64,000 nt of DNA from Hormiphora californensis (Eukaryota > Animalia > Ctenophora), in the NCBI GenBank assembly GCA_020137815.1, contig CM035355.1, positions 992,001-1,056,000 on the forward strand, read 5' to 3'. Both the position numbers and the translations under genes were made by a program. Of the stretch, positions 22,543 through 34,500 are shown piece after piece. Under the pieces are notes generated by a model that saw only the letters and a list, made by a program, of their open reading frames with translations, was not told the origin of the DNA and ran no database searches. Within the stretch, counting starts at the first letter, position 1. Each line of letters begins with the position of its first letter.

Positions 22543-25500
22543 ATGGAAAGGCGGTGTTATGTGAACATAACGCAAATTAGGAATTTCACTCAGAGGGTGG
22601 CATATAATCCACTGTATAACAAGAATAAATTCTACAGATCGGAGACCACAGTTTTTCAAGATTCCGATAAGGTTTTATCAGCAGATCACAGAGCTCGCTC
22701 CGTCGACAACTTGTCTATCACAGTGCCAAATTTAGTTGCACATCACCACAAGGTAATATAAGCAGTTCTAATACTATGTAGTAGAACTATGCATAATTCA
22801 CTGCAATGGTTCTGTTACCCACTGTTACCAACCTAATCTCTAAGAAACCTTTTCACATTGACCCATTTTATCTCTAAGAAACTTTCCCACTTTGATTCAC
22901 CTTATCTCTAAGAAACCTTCCCACTTTGACCCATCTTATCTCTAAGAAATCTTCCCACTTTGACCAATCTTATCTCTAAGAAACCTTCCCACTTTGACCC
23001 ATCTTATCTCTAAGAAACCTTCTCACTTTGACCCATCTTATCTCTAAGAAACTTTCCCACTTTGACCCATCTTATCTCTAAGAAACCTTCCCACTTTGAC
23101 CCATCTTATCTCTAAGAAACCTTCCCACTTTGACCCATCTTATCTCTAAGAAACCTTCCCACTTTGACCCATCTTATCTCTAAGAAACCTTCCCACTTTG
23201 ACCCATCTTATCTCTAAGAAACCTTCCCACTTTGACCCATCTTATCTCTAAGAAACCTTCCCACTTTGACCCATCTTATCTCTAAGAAACCTTCTCACTT
23301 TGGCCCATCTTATCTCTAAGAAACCTTCTCACTTTGACCCATCTTATATCTAAGAAACCTTCTCACTTTGACCCATCTTATCTATAAGAAACCTTCTCAC
23401 TTTGACCCATCTTATCTTTAAGAAACCTTCCCACTTTGACCCATCTTATCTCTAAGAAACCTTCTCACTATGACCCATCTTATATCTAAGAAACCTTCTC
23501 ACTTTGACCCATCTTATCTCTAAGAAACCTTCTCACTTTGACCCATCTTATCTTTAAGAAACCTTCTCACTTTGACGCATCTTATCTCTAAGAAACCTTC
23601 TCACTTTGACCCATCTTATCTCTAAGAAATCTTCCCACTTTGACCCATATTATCTCTAAGAAATCTTCCCACTTTGACCAATCTTATCTCTAAGAAACCT
23701 TCCCACTTTGATCCATCTTATCTCTAAGAAACCTTCTCACTTTGACCCATCTTATCTCTAAGAAACCTTCCCACTTTGACCCATCTTATCTCTAAGAAAC
23801 CTTCTCACTATGACCCATCTTATATCTAAGAAACCTTCTCACTTTGACACATCTTATCTCTAAGAAACCTTCTCACTTTGACCCATCTTATCTCTAAAAA
23901 TCCTTCCTACTTTGACCAACCTTACCTCTAAGAAACTTTCCCACTTTGACCTACCTAATCTCTAAGAAACTTTCCCACTTTATCCCACTTAATCTCTAAG
24001 AACTTTCCCACTTTGAGTTTCGACCCACCTAATCTCTATGAAAATTTTCCACTTTGTCCCACCTAATCTCTAAGAAACCTTCTCACTTTGACCCATCTTA
24101 TCTCTAAGAAACTTTCCCACTTTGACCTACCTAATCTCTAAGAAACTTGCCCACTTTGACCCCCCCCCTAATCTCTAAGAAACTTCCCACTTTGACCAAC
24201 CTAATCTGTAAGAAACTTTTCCATTTTAACATATCTTATCTCTAAGAAACCTTCCCACTTTGACCCATCTTATCTCTAAGAAACCTTCCCACTTTGACCC
24301 ATCTTATCTCTAAGAAACCTTCCCACTTTGACCCATCTTATCTCTAAGAAACCTTCTCACTTTGACCCATCTTATCTCTAAGAAACCTTCCCACTTTGAC
24401 CCATCTTATCTCTAAGAAACCTTCCCATCTTATCTCTAAGAAATCTTCCCACTTTGACCAATCTTATCTCTAAGAAACCTTCACACTTTGACCAACCTAA
24501 TCTGTAAGAAACTTTCCCATTTTAACCCACCTAATCTCTAAGAAACTTCCCCATTTTAACCCACCTTATCTCTAAGAAACTTTCCCATTTTGACCCATGT
24601 TATCTCTAAGAAAACCTTCTGGTGCAACATGCACTATCAATACAAAGTTATTTAAAGAACGGTGATCACTCATATTTTTCCTCAGTCCGTAGAGAATTCG
24701 TTTCCGGTATCAACGAATACGAACAACACATTACAACTAATTGAGCAAGACATCCCTTCGACTTGGTGTTCAACTGACAAGCTCTCTGTTAAGACAACAA
24801 ATATGTCAGCAAGTTTAACTGAGATTCACAATCTTGGATCTCTTCTTTGCGAAGGTATAGGCCTACTGCCTATACACCTTCACTTGACTAGGATAGATCT
24901 AACAGATCACATACAAACGATTAGATCAGAAACTTTTTAATATAAAACTCTCGGAATAAAACCCAGTAATCACACAACTAAGAAACACCCCAATCGTGGG
25001 GGTAACTTTTGTGCTTGCCAGCGCAGTGACTAACCGTTTTTATTTTAGGGTTATCAAGGGTTTCGTCTGAAGATGTTATCAGTTCGAATTGTGAAAGCTA
25101 CACAACAACACAAGCCAGATCCTCTCCTGCTATTCAGACAAGTATGTTAATAAAATATACCTTCGAAAGAATTGTCTTCCCTTTTTCTCCTTCAGGCCAG
25201 GAATTCGCTGTTTTGCAGGAAATAATTTACTTCTGTTCCGTCTGAGTGTTATCAGCTATATTATTCAAGAAAACACAGCCAAGTCTTGCCGAAAAGGCGA
25301 GACAGCATAGAGCCGGATTATCATTTAGTTTCGGAATCACCGCCAGATCTGTCTGTCGTCTGCAGCATTGCAGCAAGGAACTTAGCCGTGTACTTTAGTG
25401 GAACGCGCGGTAACATTGATAAGGTTTAAGCTGCGCGCACGGCGGGAAACATAGGACAGCTGACATGAATATCACCAAAATGAAAATGACCACAACATGA

Positions 25501-28500
25501 TCTCCAATAAGGAACCATAATCAGGGTGTGAACTGCATGTCGTGTTTGCTAGTCGCGAGCGCGCTTGCGAGACAAGTAAACACGTCAAGGTTCATTAACA
25601 AGCATGCTGCTCAGTCATTTTAGATTTAATACACAATGTAAGGATACCATGTAATAGGTGAGACTCTTGCCGTCACCCTCGTTCAAGTCCCGTGAAAAAC
25701 GGAGCAGTACACGCAAACTGATGCCCATTTTCCTCGCGTGACCCCGATTCAGCAGTTTGAGACACCAACTCTTTAGGGGGCCATATCTCAGGAACCAGAC
25801 AAGATAGGAAAAATCGCCGTCTAATGAGGCGTACAGTTTTTAATCTAGTTTACCACTGTACCGGCCGTTTCACTCTCCGACCTAAAATAAAAATCGCAAC
25901 CCCACAAAACTTCAAAATAATGAAATTCGCATCTCGCATGTCGTGTTGCATGTCGTGTCATGTTATTGACGCGCTCGCGTTCAACTCTCACACAGCAGCT
26001 GCAGAACATGGCGGGAAACATCGAGGAGTAGAGAGAGGGTCGGTGCCGAATCAAATATTTCTTGATCTTGATCTACTCCATCTCTCAGCTATCCTACCCC
26101 TCATCAACTCGATCTCTCAGCTACCCTACCCCTCATCTACTCCATCTTTCAGCTACCCTACCCCTCATCTACTCCATCTTTCAGCTACCCTACCCCTTAT
26201 CTAGTCCATCTCTCAGCTACCCTACTCCTCATCTACTCCATCTCTCAGCTTCCCTATTAGGGAAGCATAGAGATGGGAACGATTAGGGGTAGGGAATCCC
26301 TATCCATAATCGTTTCCATCTCTATGCTTCCCTAGCCCTCATCAACTCCATCTTTCAGCTACCCTACCCCTAATCTAGTCCATCTCTCCGCTACCCTACT
26401 CCTCATCTACTCCATCTCTCAGCTACCCTACCTCCCATTTACTCCATCTCTCAGCTTCCCTACCTCCCATTTACTCCATCTCTCAGCTTCCCTACCTCCC
26501 ATTTACTCCATCTCTCAGCTTACCTACCTCCCATTTACTCCATCTCTCAGCTTCCCTACCTCTCATTTACTCCATCTCTCAGCTTCCCTACCTCCCATTT
26601 ACTCCATCTCTCAGCTACCCAACCTCCCATTCACTCCATCTCTCAGCTTCCCTACCTCCCATTTGATCCATCTCTCAGCTTCCCTACCTCTCATTTAGTA
26701 CTCCATCTCTCAGCTACCCTACCTCCCATTTACTCCATCTCTCAGCTTCCCTACCTCCCATTTACTCCATCTCTCAGCTTCCCTACCTCCCATTTACTCC
26801 ATCTCACAGCTACCTTACCTTCCATTTACTCCATCTCTCAGCTTCCCTTCCCCCCATTTACTCCATCTCTCAGCTACCCTACCTCCCATTTACTCCATCT
26901 CTCAGCTTCCCTACCTCCCATTTACTCCATCCCTGCCTCCCATTTACTCCATCTCTCAGCTACCCTACCTCCCATTCACTCCATCTCTCAGCTACCCTAC
27001 CACCCATTTACTCCATCTCTCAGCTTCCCTACCTCCCATTTACTCCATCTCTCAGCTTCCCTACCTCCCATTTACTCCATCCCTCAGCTTCCCTACCTCC
27101 CATTTACTCCATCCCTCAACTTCCCTACCTCCCATTTACTCCATCTCTCAGCTACCCTACCTCCCATTTACTCCATCTCTCAGCTTCCCTACCTCCCATT
27201 TACTCCATCTCTCAGCTTCCCTACCTCCCATTTACTCCATTTCACAGCTACCTTACCTTCCATTTACTCCATCTCTCAGCTTCCCTTCCCCCCATTTACT
27301 CCATCTCTCAGCTACCCTACCTCCCATTTACTCCATCTCTCAGCTTCCCTACCTCCCATTTACTCCATCCCTGCCTCCCATTTACTCCATCTCTCAGCTA
27401 CCCTACCTCCCATTCACTCCATCTCTCAGCTACCCTACCACCCATTTACTCCATCTCTCAGCTTCCCTACCTCCCATTTACTCCATCTCTCAGCTTCCCT
27501 ACCTCCCATTTACTCCATCCCTCAGCTTCCCTACCTCCCATTTACTCCATCTCTTAACTTCCCTACCTCCCATTTACTCCATCTCTCAGCTACCCTACCT
27601 CCCATTTACTCCATCTCTCAGCTTCCCTACCTCCCATTTACTCCATCTTTCAGCTTCCCTTCCTCCCATTTACTCCATCGCTTACCTTCCCTACCTCCCA
27701 TTTACTCCATCTCTCAGCTTCCCTACCTCCCATTTACTCCATCTCTCAGCTTCCCTACCTCCCATTTACTCCATCTCTCATTTATCCTAACATTCCTACC
27801 CCTGAGAGATGGAGTAAATGGGAGGTAGGGAAGCTGAGACTTGAGAGATGGAGTAAATGGGAGGTAGGGTAGCTGAGAGATGGAGTAAATGGGAGGAAGG
27901 GAAGCTGAGAGATGGAGTAAATGGAAGGTAAGGTAGCTGAGAGATGGAGTAAATGGGAGGTAGGGAAGCTGAGAGATAGAGTAAATGGGAGGTAGGGAAG
28001 CTGAGAGATGGAGTAAATGGGAGGTAGGGTAGCTGAGAGATGGAGTACGACATGAGAGGTAGGGTAGCTGAGAGATGGAGTAAGTAAATGAGAGGTAGGG
28101 AAGCTGAGAAATGGAGTAAATGGGAGGTAGGGAAGCTGAGAGATGGATCAAATGGGAGGTAGGGTAGCTGAGGGATAGAGTAAATGGGAGGTAGGGAAGC
28201 TGAGAGATGGAGTAAATGGAAGGTAGGTAAGCTGAGAGATGGAGTAAATGGGAGGTAGGGTATCTGAGAGATGGAGTAAATGGGAGGTAGGGAAGCTGAG
28301 AGATGGAGTAAATGGGAGGTAGGGTAGCTGATAGATGGAGTGAATGGGAGGTTGGGTAGCGGAGAGATGGACTAGATTAGGGGTAGGGTAGCTGAAAGAT
28401 GGAGTTGATGAGGGCTAGGGAAGCATAGAGATGGAAACGATTATGGATAGGGATTCCCTACCCCTAATCGTTTCCATCTCTATGCTTCCCTAATAGGGAA

Positions 28501-31500
28501 GCTGAGAGATGGAGTAGATGAGGAGTAGGGTAGCTGAGAGATGGACTAGATAAGGGGTAGGGTAGCTGAAAGATGGAGTAGATGAGGGGTAGGGTAGCTG
28601 AAAGATGGAGTAGATGAGGGGTAGGGTAGCTGAGAGATCGAGTTGATGAGGGGTAGGATAGCTGAGAGATGGAGTAGATCAAGATCAAGAAATATTTGAT
28701 TCGGCACCGACCCTCTCTCTACTCCTCGATGTTTCCCGCCATGTTCTGCAGCTGCTGTGTGAGAGTTGAACGCGAGCGCGTCAATAACATGACACGACAT
28801 GCAACACGACATGCGAGATGCGAATTTCATTATTTTGAAGTTTTGTGGGGTTGCGATTTTTATTTTAGGTCGGAGAGTGAAACGGCCGGTACAGTGGTAA
28901 ACTAGATTAAAAACTGTACGCCTCATTAGACGGCGATTTTTCCTATCTTGTCTGGTTCCTGAGATATGGCCCCCTAAAGAGTTGGTGTCACGCGAGGAAA
29001 ATGGGCATCAGTTTGCGTGTACTGCTCCGTTTTTCACGGGACTTGAACGAGGGTGACGGCAAGAGTCTCACCTATTACATGGTATCCTTACATTGTGTAT
29101 TAAATCTAAAATGACTGAGCAGCATGCTTGTTAATGAACCTTGACGTGTTTACTTGTCTCGCAAGCGCGCTCGCGACTAGCAAACACGACATGCAGTTCA
29201 CACCCTGATAATAAAGTTCAAGAGCCTCCAAGAGCGCACCCAATCCAAGAGAGACCAAAATCAAGAGCACACCACAATCAAGAGAGACCAAAATCAAGAG
29301 CACACCAGAATCAAGAGAGACCAAATTCAAGAGCGCACCACATCTGGTATCTTCTGGATAGGGAGCTCTCTTGATTGTGGTGCGCTCTTGATTTGGTCTC
29401 TCTTGATTCTGGTGTGCTCTTGATTTGGTCTCTCTTGATTGTGGTGTGCTCTTGATTTTGGTCTCTCTTGATTGTGGTGCGCTCTTGATTTTGGTCTCTC
29501 TTGGATTGGGTGCGCTCTTGGAGGCTCTTGAACTTTATTATGGTTCCTTATGGCCGAATGTTATGGACATTGTCCATAACATTCGGCCATTAATTGATGA
29601 GGTATTGATGAGGTATAAATTTCCGCCAATTTAGGAGATAAACAATTAAATTTCACCCCAGGAAAATCGGGGTCTGACCATTATATGCAAAATAATTTTG
29701 TTTTCAGTTAGTAAGCAGCAAAACGATGATGTATCAGACAGGATGCAGTTGTATTCCGTCTCTAGTGATCTAGAGGATGCTGGGATGTCAACTTCTGAAC
29801 ACTACAGTATGGCTACTTCAAGTGATCACCTTTATTGTTCTCCAGAAGCCTGTGTAAGTTGACTACACTCGTGTTTTCATCCACATGTGTCAATTTGAGG
29901 TAGACGGTGGTTCATCTTAATATTACTAAAGTCGGATTTTTTGAAGTTGTCACCCCCCTTTTTGTGTGTGGAATGTTTTTGCGCGTCACATCACATGTTA
30001 ACGTGTGGTGTGCGCGTCAAAATTGATAAATTTCACATGCGCGGTCATTTTGGGGTGACAACTTCAAAAAATCCGACTTTACTAGCTACTCCTGCCCATT
30101 ACAATCTCTCAATTTCCAGTAACTTCTCCCCCTTACCCCAGTTTACCTTGTTGAGGGAGGGAGGAGGGTGGAGACTCACTCCTTACTCAACAAAGTTTAA
30201 CAGCCCCAGTATCAATAATCGAGGATCTGTAACAGCCCCCTCATTTTCAGCACTCAGAGGTAGAGTTTGTTTCGTTTGTTGATGAGATGATGAGTTCATT
30301 GAACACACCAACTCATATAGACCGGGATACTGTGTACACTCCTTTCAGTGGGGGACACACTCCTACAACCAGTAAGTTATCTTTTTGTGATTATTATTTG
30401 TTTGATATAAGTTCCTGCCAAGCTTCCTAATTGGTTTCATTGGACAGGGTTAGTTTAGATCAATCGGAATCACAAAATTGAGCTCTAGATATCGATTTTG
30501 GTTCCGGTAAATCGGGACCCGGTAAATCGGGGTCGGGCTGTATTAGGCGATATGAGATACAGCATACTGTGAAAGGTTCGTGTGGTAGGGTTATCAGTTC
30601 GTGTGCCAATCCAATTCTGATGAGTAGTGGCCTGGGTCAGATAGCTATAATAGGCCAAAAGGCAAAAGGGTGTGAAGATGTGGCGATATAAGATGGTTTT
30701 GGCTTGGAAGTTCCTCCTTGATTGATATTCATTATTCATATTGTATTGGTTGTAATAAGTTGGCTGTAATAACAACAGTGGATTGTATCTCAATTGGTTT
30801 TAACTGTAGTTAGCAAGCTAGTTATCGTAGTGTGTGGGTAGCACCTACTTCTGAGATCACATGCGTTATGTTTGCTAAACTTATAGTCTGAAAATAAACA
30901 CTTTTCGTCACTGCCTTGTGTATGTGTGTGTTTTGTTGTCAGCTATAATACATTGTAACATCTCTAGCTCACGATCATCAGCACGCTTTAAAATTTATAA
31001 TCTATCGTTCGTGTTATCCATTCGGTAACCTTTGAGCTCAGGGTCAATCAGCTTAATTTTCGTTTTAGTAAACTAGTTACACATTATGGTGCTTTGGTTG
31101 CCTTTGTGTGAGTCTGAGCCAGCGAAGTAATGTTTTGATGACAGATTGTTGATATTGTGCACGCCTTTGTTTTTACCAATTCGTGTTGAATGACGGCCTC
31201 CCTTGAACCTCCTGGAAATCTCCCGGGGACGTCCCCCAGAGAGGTCCCAGCTGGGTGATCATAATATGCACCGCCCGAGACATCATGTACTGCCAGAAAT
31301 GTGATTCGGTGACAATTCTAACATGCACGAATCTCCCACACTTTTCTGGTATCACAGGACGTCTCCATCTCGGTCGGTGCATGATCACCCAGCTAGGACC
31401 TCTCTGGGGGACGTCCCAGGGAGATTTCCAGGAGGTTCAAGAGAGGCCGTCATATTTCGTAAGGAGTGGTAGAAACTTACCTTCACTAACTCCTTACACA

Positions 31501-34500
31501 ATTATCTCATTATCTCAAGCTTTCCTTTCCTCTCTAGGTCACCAGAACATCATCAGCTCGTTATCAGAATCGGATCTAGAGAAGAATTCTGGGTCATATT
31601 CAGATTTCCGTTTTCTAAGGACTATCTTGGAGAGCGACCAACTGTCAGAGCTACACAAAGTATGAAGAACTATGACAGAACAGAATAAGATGACGGACGA
31701 GACAAACGACAATACACAACAACCTCCCCCTCCCAATCCTCGTATTGTATTTACACAACCCAGTACAGACTCTATTCAGAACTATTTTGTGCGTTATAAC
31801 ACAGAGGACGCCCAGGAAGGCCTGGAAGAGTTTCTAACCTCATCCTCAGATGATGGGGCGATTTATATCAACCAAGAAACTGTCGCCAGTTATGCTTCCT
31901 CATCTCATAAATCTGATCCGCCGAAAGACACTGCACTCATCCAAGGTGATATCGGGGTGACGCTATCTGAGGCGGTCGATACAAACACAGAAACTTCTGA
32001 TGAAGGTTTCCAGAAGTCTTTTGATAAAACACGCGATTTCTTTGAGAATCTGGTGGGCGATGCCAACACTTCACAATTTAAATCTGAATCACAAAACACG
32101 AGTATACACTATGGAGATCAAACCACAGAGGGTGGTAAAAGGTTCCAAAAAAGTATTGACGACAGTTTAGCAACACTGGATAGAGAAATAATGGAGTTAA
32201 CCTGCATTGAATCTCTTACGACAGAAGTTAGTACGCAACTCAACATACAGAATCAAGCTTCCAGCACCCAATCTTCAGTTACCGAGGAAAACATATTCGA
32301 TGGAAATATCCTGGACACATCGGATGCTGAAAAGGTGGAGCTTCTAGGATCAGTTGAAAATCTCATTGATAAGCTTTTAAGTAATATTGCAAGTGAGGAT
32401 CAGGATGAGGAGGAGGTTCAGAAGCTTGCTAATCTACGATACTCTACCTTTCAACAAGATAGTTTCTCTCCAAAAAGATTAAGAACTAAAAGTGCTGGTG
32501 AATGTATTAAACGGGAGGTTGACGATGAGCCACCTCGTCGGAGTCGAAGTGAGAAGAGAACAAGATACGACCGTAATGGAGCAACAGAGAGGAGACAGCT
32601 AAGGATGAATCAATCAGCAGTCAGATCTACGAGCAGTAATGACTTGACAGAAGAAGAGCGAGATGCTGCCCTTACTGCGCTTTATTCCACTCGACTTTAT
32701 CAACGAAAATCGTTCAAACGAAACTTTTTAAAGTTCCTAAGTCAAAACAATCCAGACCTTGTTCACCGGAAGGATATAATTGGGGACGCACGAGAGCTAA
32801 ATAGCAACATCGGAAAGTCCCAAATAAAAGTGTATCAGACTGCGGCAAAGGACGGGTACGAAGACCTCCGGCAAAGATCTAGAAGTAGAAAAGTGAAGCC
32901 TGTTAAAATGGTTGGTAGATCAAAGGAGTCAAAAGTGAGTAAAATGCATAAAGATAATCAGTCTCAACTCACCGATAGGGAAATCAAAATCATTGAGGCA
33001 CAACTTGAAGCGTTGACAAAGCCAAACGAGTCCGACTCTGATCACTACCAAAAAATAAGAAAATCTAATTCGGCTGCACAGACTACTCCAAGCATTTACC
33101 CATCGTATGATCCACTTGGTGGTCTAAAGGTGGAAAGCGACGACCAATGTACCGGATCTGTTGGAGAAATACAGTCCAGCCCAACAAAACCACCACGACC
33201 CGCACTCTTTCTCGACCACGGATATGACAACTGCGTGAGTGATGACAGTGTTAGTGTTTCTAGTAACGTTCTTTCAAGCCGAGAGCCTCCCCATCTTCTT
33301 CGATTTCCCATCGACACTGAGGAGGAAATCGGAACTAAAAAGATGTGTCCATCGGCCAAACACAAAGAAATTAGATCGAATCAATATATCCCTCCAGAAT
33401 CTAAACTTTCGAGCGCTGAAGCCCAAGATCAACCGGCCAGTTCCAAAGCCCATGGATCCAAAACGAATAGTTCAGATGAAATGGGTGGTGGATACGACTC
33501 GATGCCCGATGAACCAGCCAGTTCCAAAGCCCCTAGATCTAAATCTAATTACTCGGATGAAATGGGTGATGGATACGACTCGATGCCCGATGAACCGGTC
33601 AGTTTTACAACCCATGGATCTAAAGCCAATGGCTCGATGCCAGCAGACTTGCCCGATTACTTTTTCAGTAACATGCATGGATCTAAAACCAATGACTCTG
33701 ATGAAATGGGTGGTGGATACGACTCAATGCCGGATGAACCGGCCAGTTCCAAAGCCCCTAGATCTAAATCTAATGACTCGGATGAAATGGGTGGTGGATA
33801 CGACTCAATGCCCGATGAACCGGCCAGTTTTAAAGCCCCTTATAGATCTAAATCTAATGACTCGGATGAAATGGGTGGTGGATACGACTCAATGCCCGAT
33901 GAACCGGCCAGTTTTAAAGGCCCTAGATCTAAATCGAATAACTCGGATGAAATGGGTGGTGGATACGATTCGATGCCCGATGAACCAGCCAGTTTTAAAG
34001 CCCCTAGATCTAAATCTAATGACTCGGATGAAATGGGTGGTGGATACGACTCGATGCCCGATGAACCGGCCAGTTTTAAAGCCCCTAGATCTAAAACCAA
34101 TGACTCGGATGAAATGGGTGGTGGATACGACTCGATGCCCGATGAACCGGCCAGTTTTAAAGCCCCTATATCTAAATCTTATAACTCGGATGAAATGGGT
34201 GGTGGATACGACTCGATGCCCGATGAACCGGCCAGTTTTAAAGCCCCTAGATCTAAAACCAATGGCTCGATGCCAGAAGACTTGCCCGAGTACTTTTTTA
34301 GCAGTGACGCCAATAACGTTAATCCAGGTCGACGTGGTCCTCCCCTTCCTTCACCTTTGGCAACAAATCACAAGCAGACAAATTCTCCTAAACTTCCCAG
34401 ACACCCACCACCTGATCCGTCTATGCAGGCTCTGTCCGCCAAGATCCCCGATAGAGATGAACCGAAAATTTCCGAAATTCAAGAAGATTTCTGGGAGGAA

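Noticed and set aside
22835-24615. Regular 34-bp repeat resembling a CRISPR array
   Set aside because: Head-to-tail units with no unique spacers, no cas genes, and a eukaryotic intron context: a minisatellite.
25824-28926. Identical mirrored ORFs (126, 74, 69 aa) suggesting a duplicated gene
   Set aside because: They are translations of the foldback arms and satellite, with no protein motifs.
29550-29592. Perfect ~41-bp hairpin (also small hairpins at ~7258-7303, 26257-26335, ~38404-38473) as miRNA or terminator
   Set aside because: Adjacent to or inside MITEs and best explained as transposon-derived palindromes; no small-RNA evidence available.
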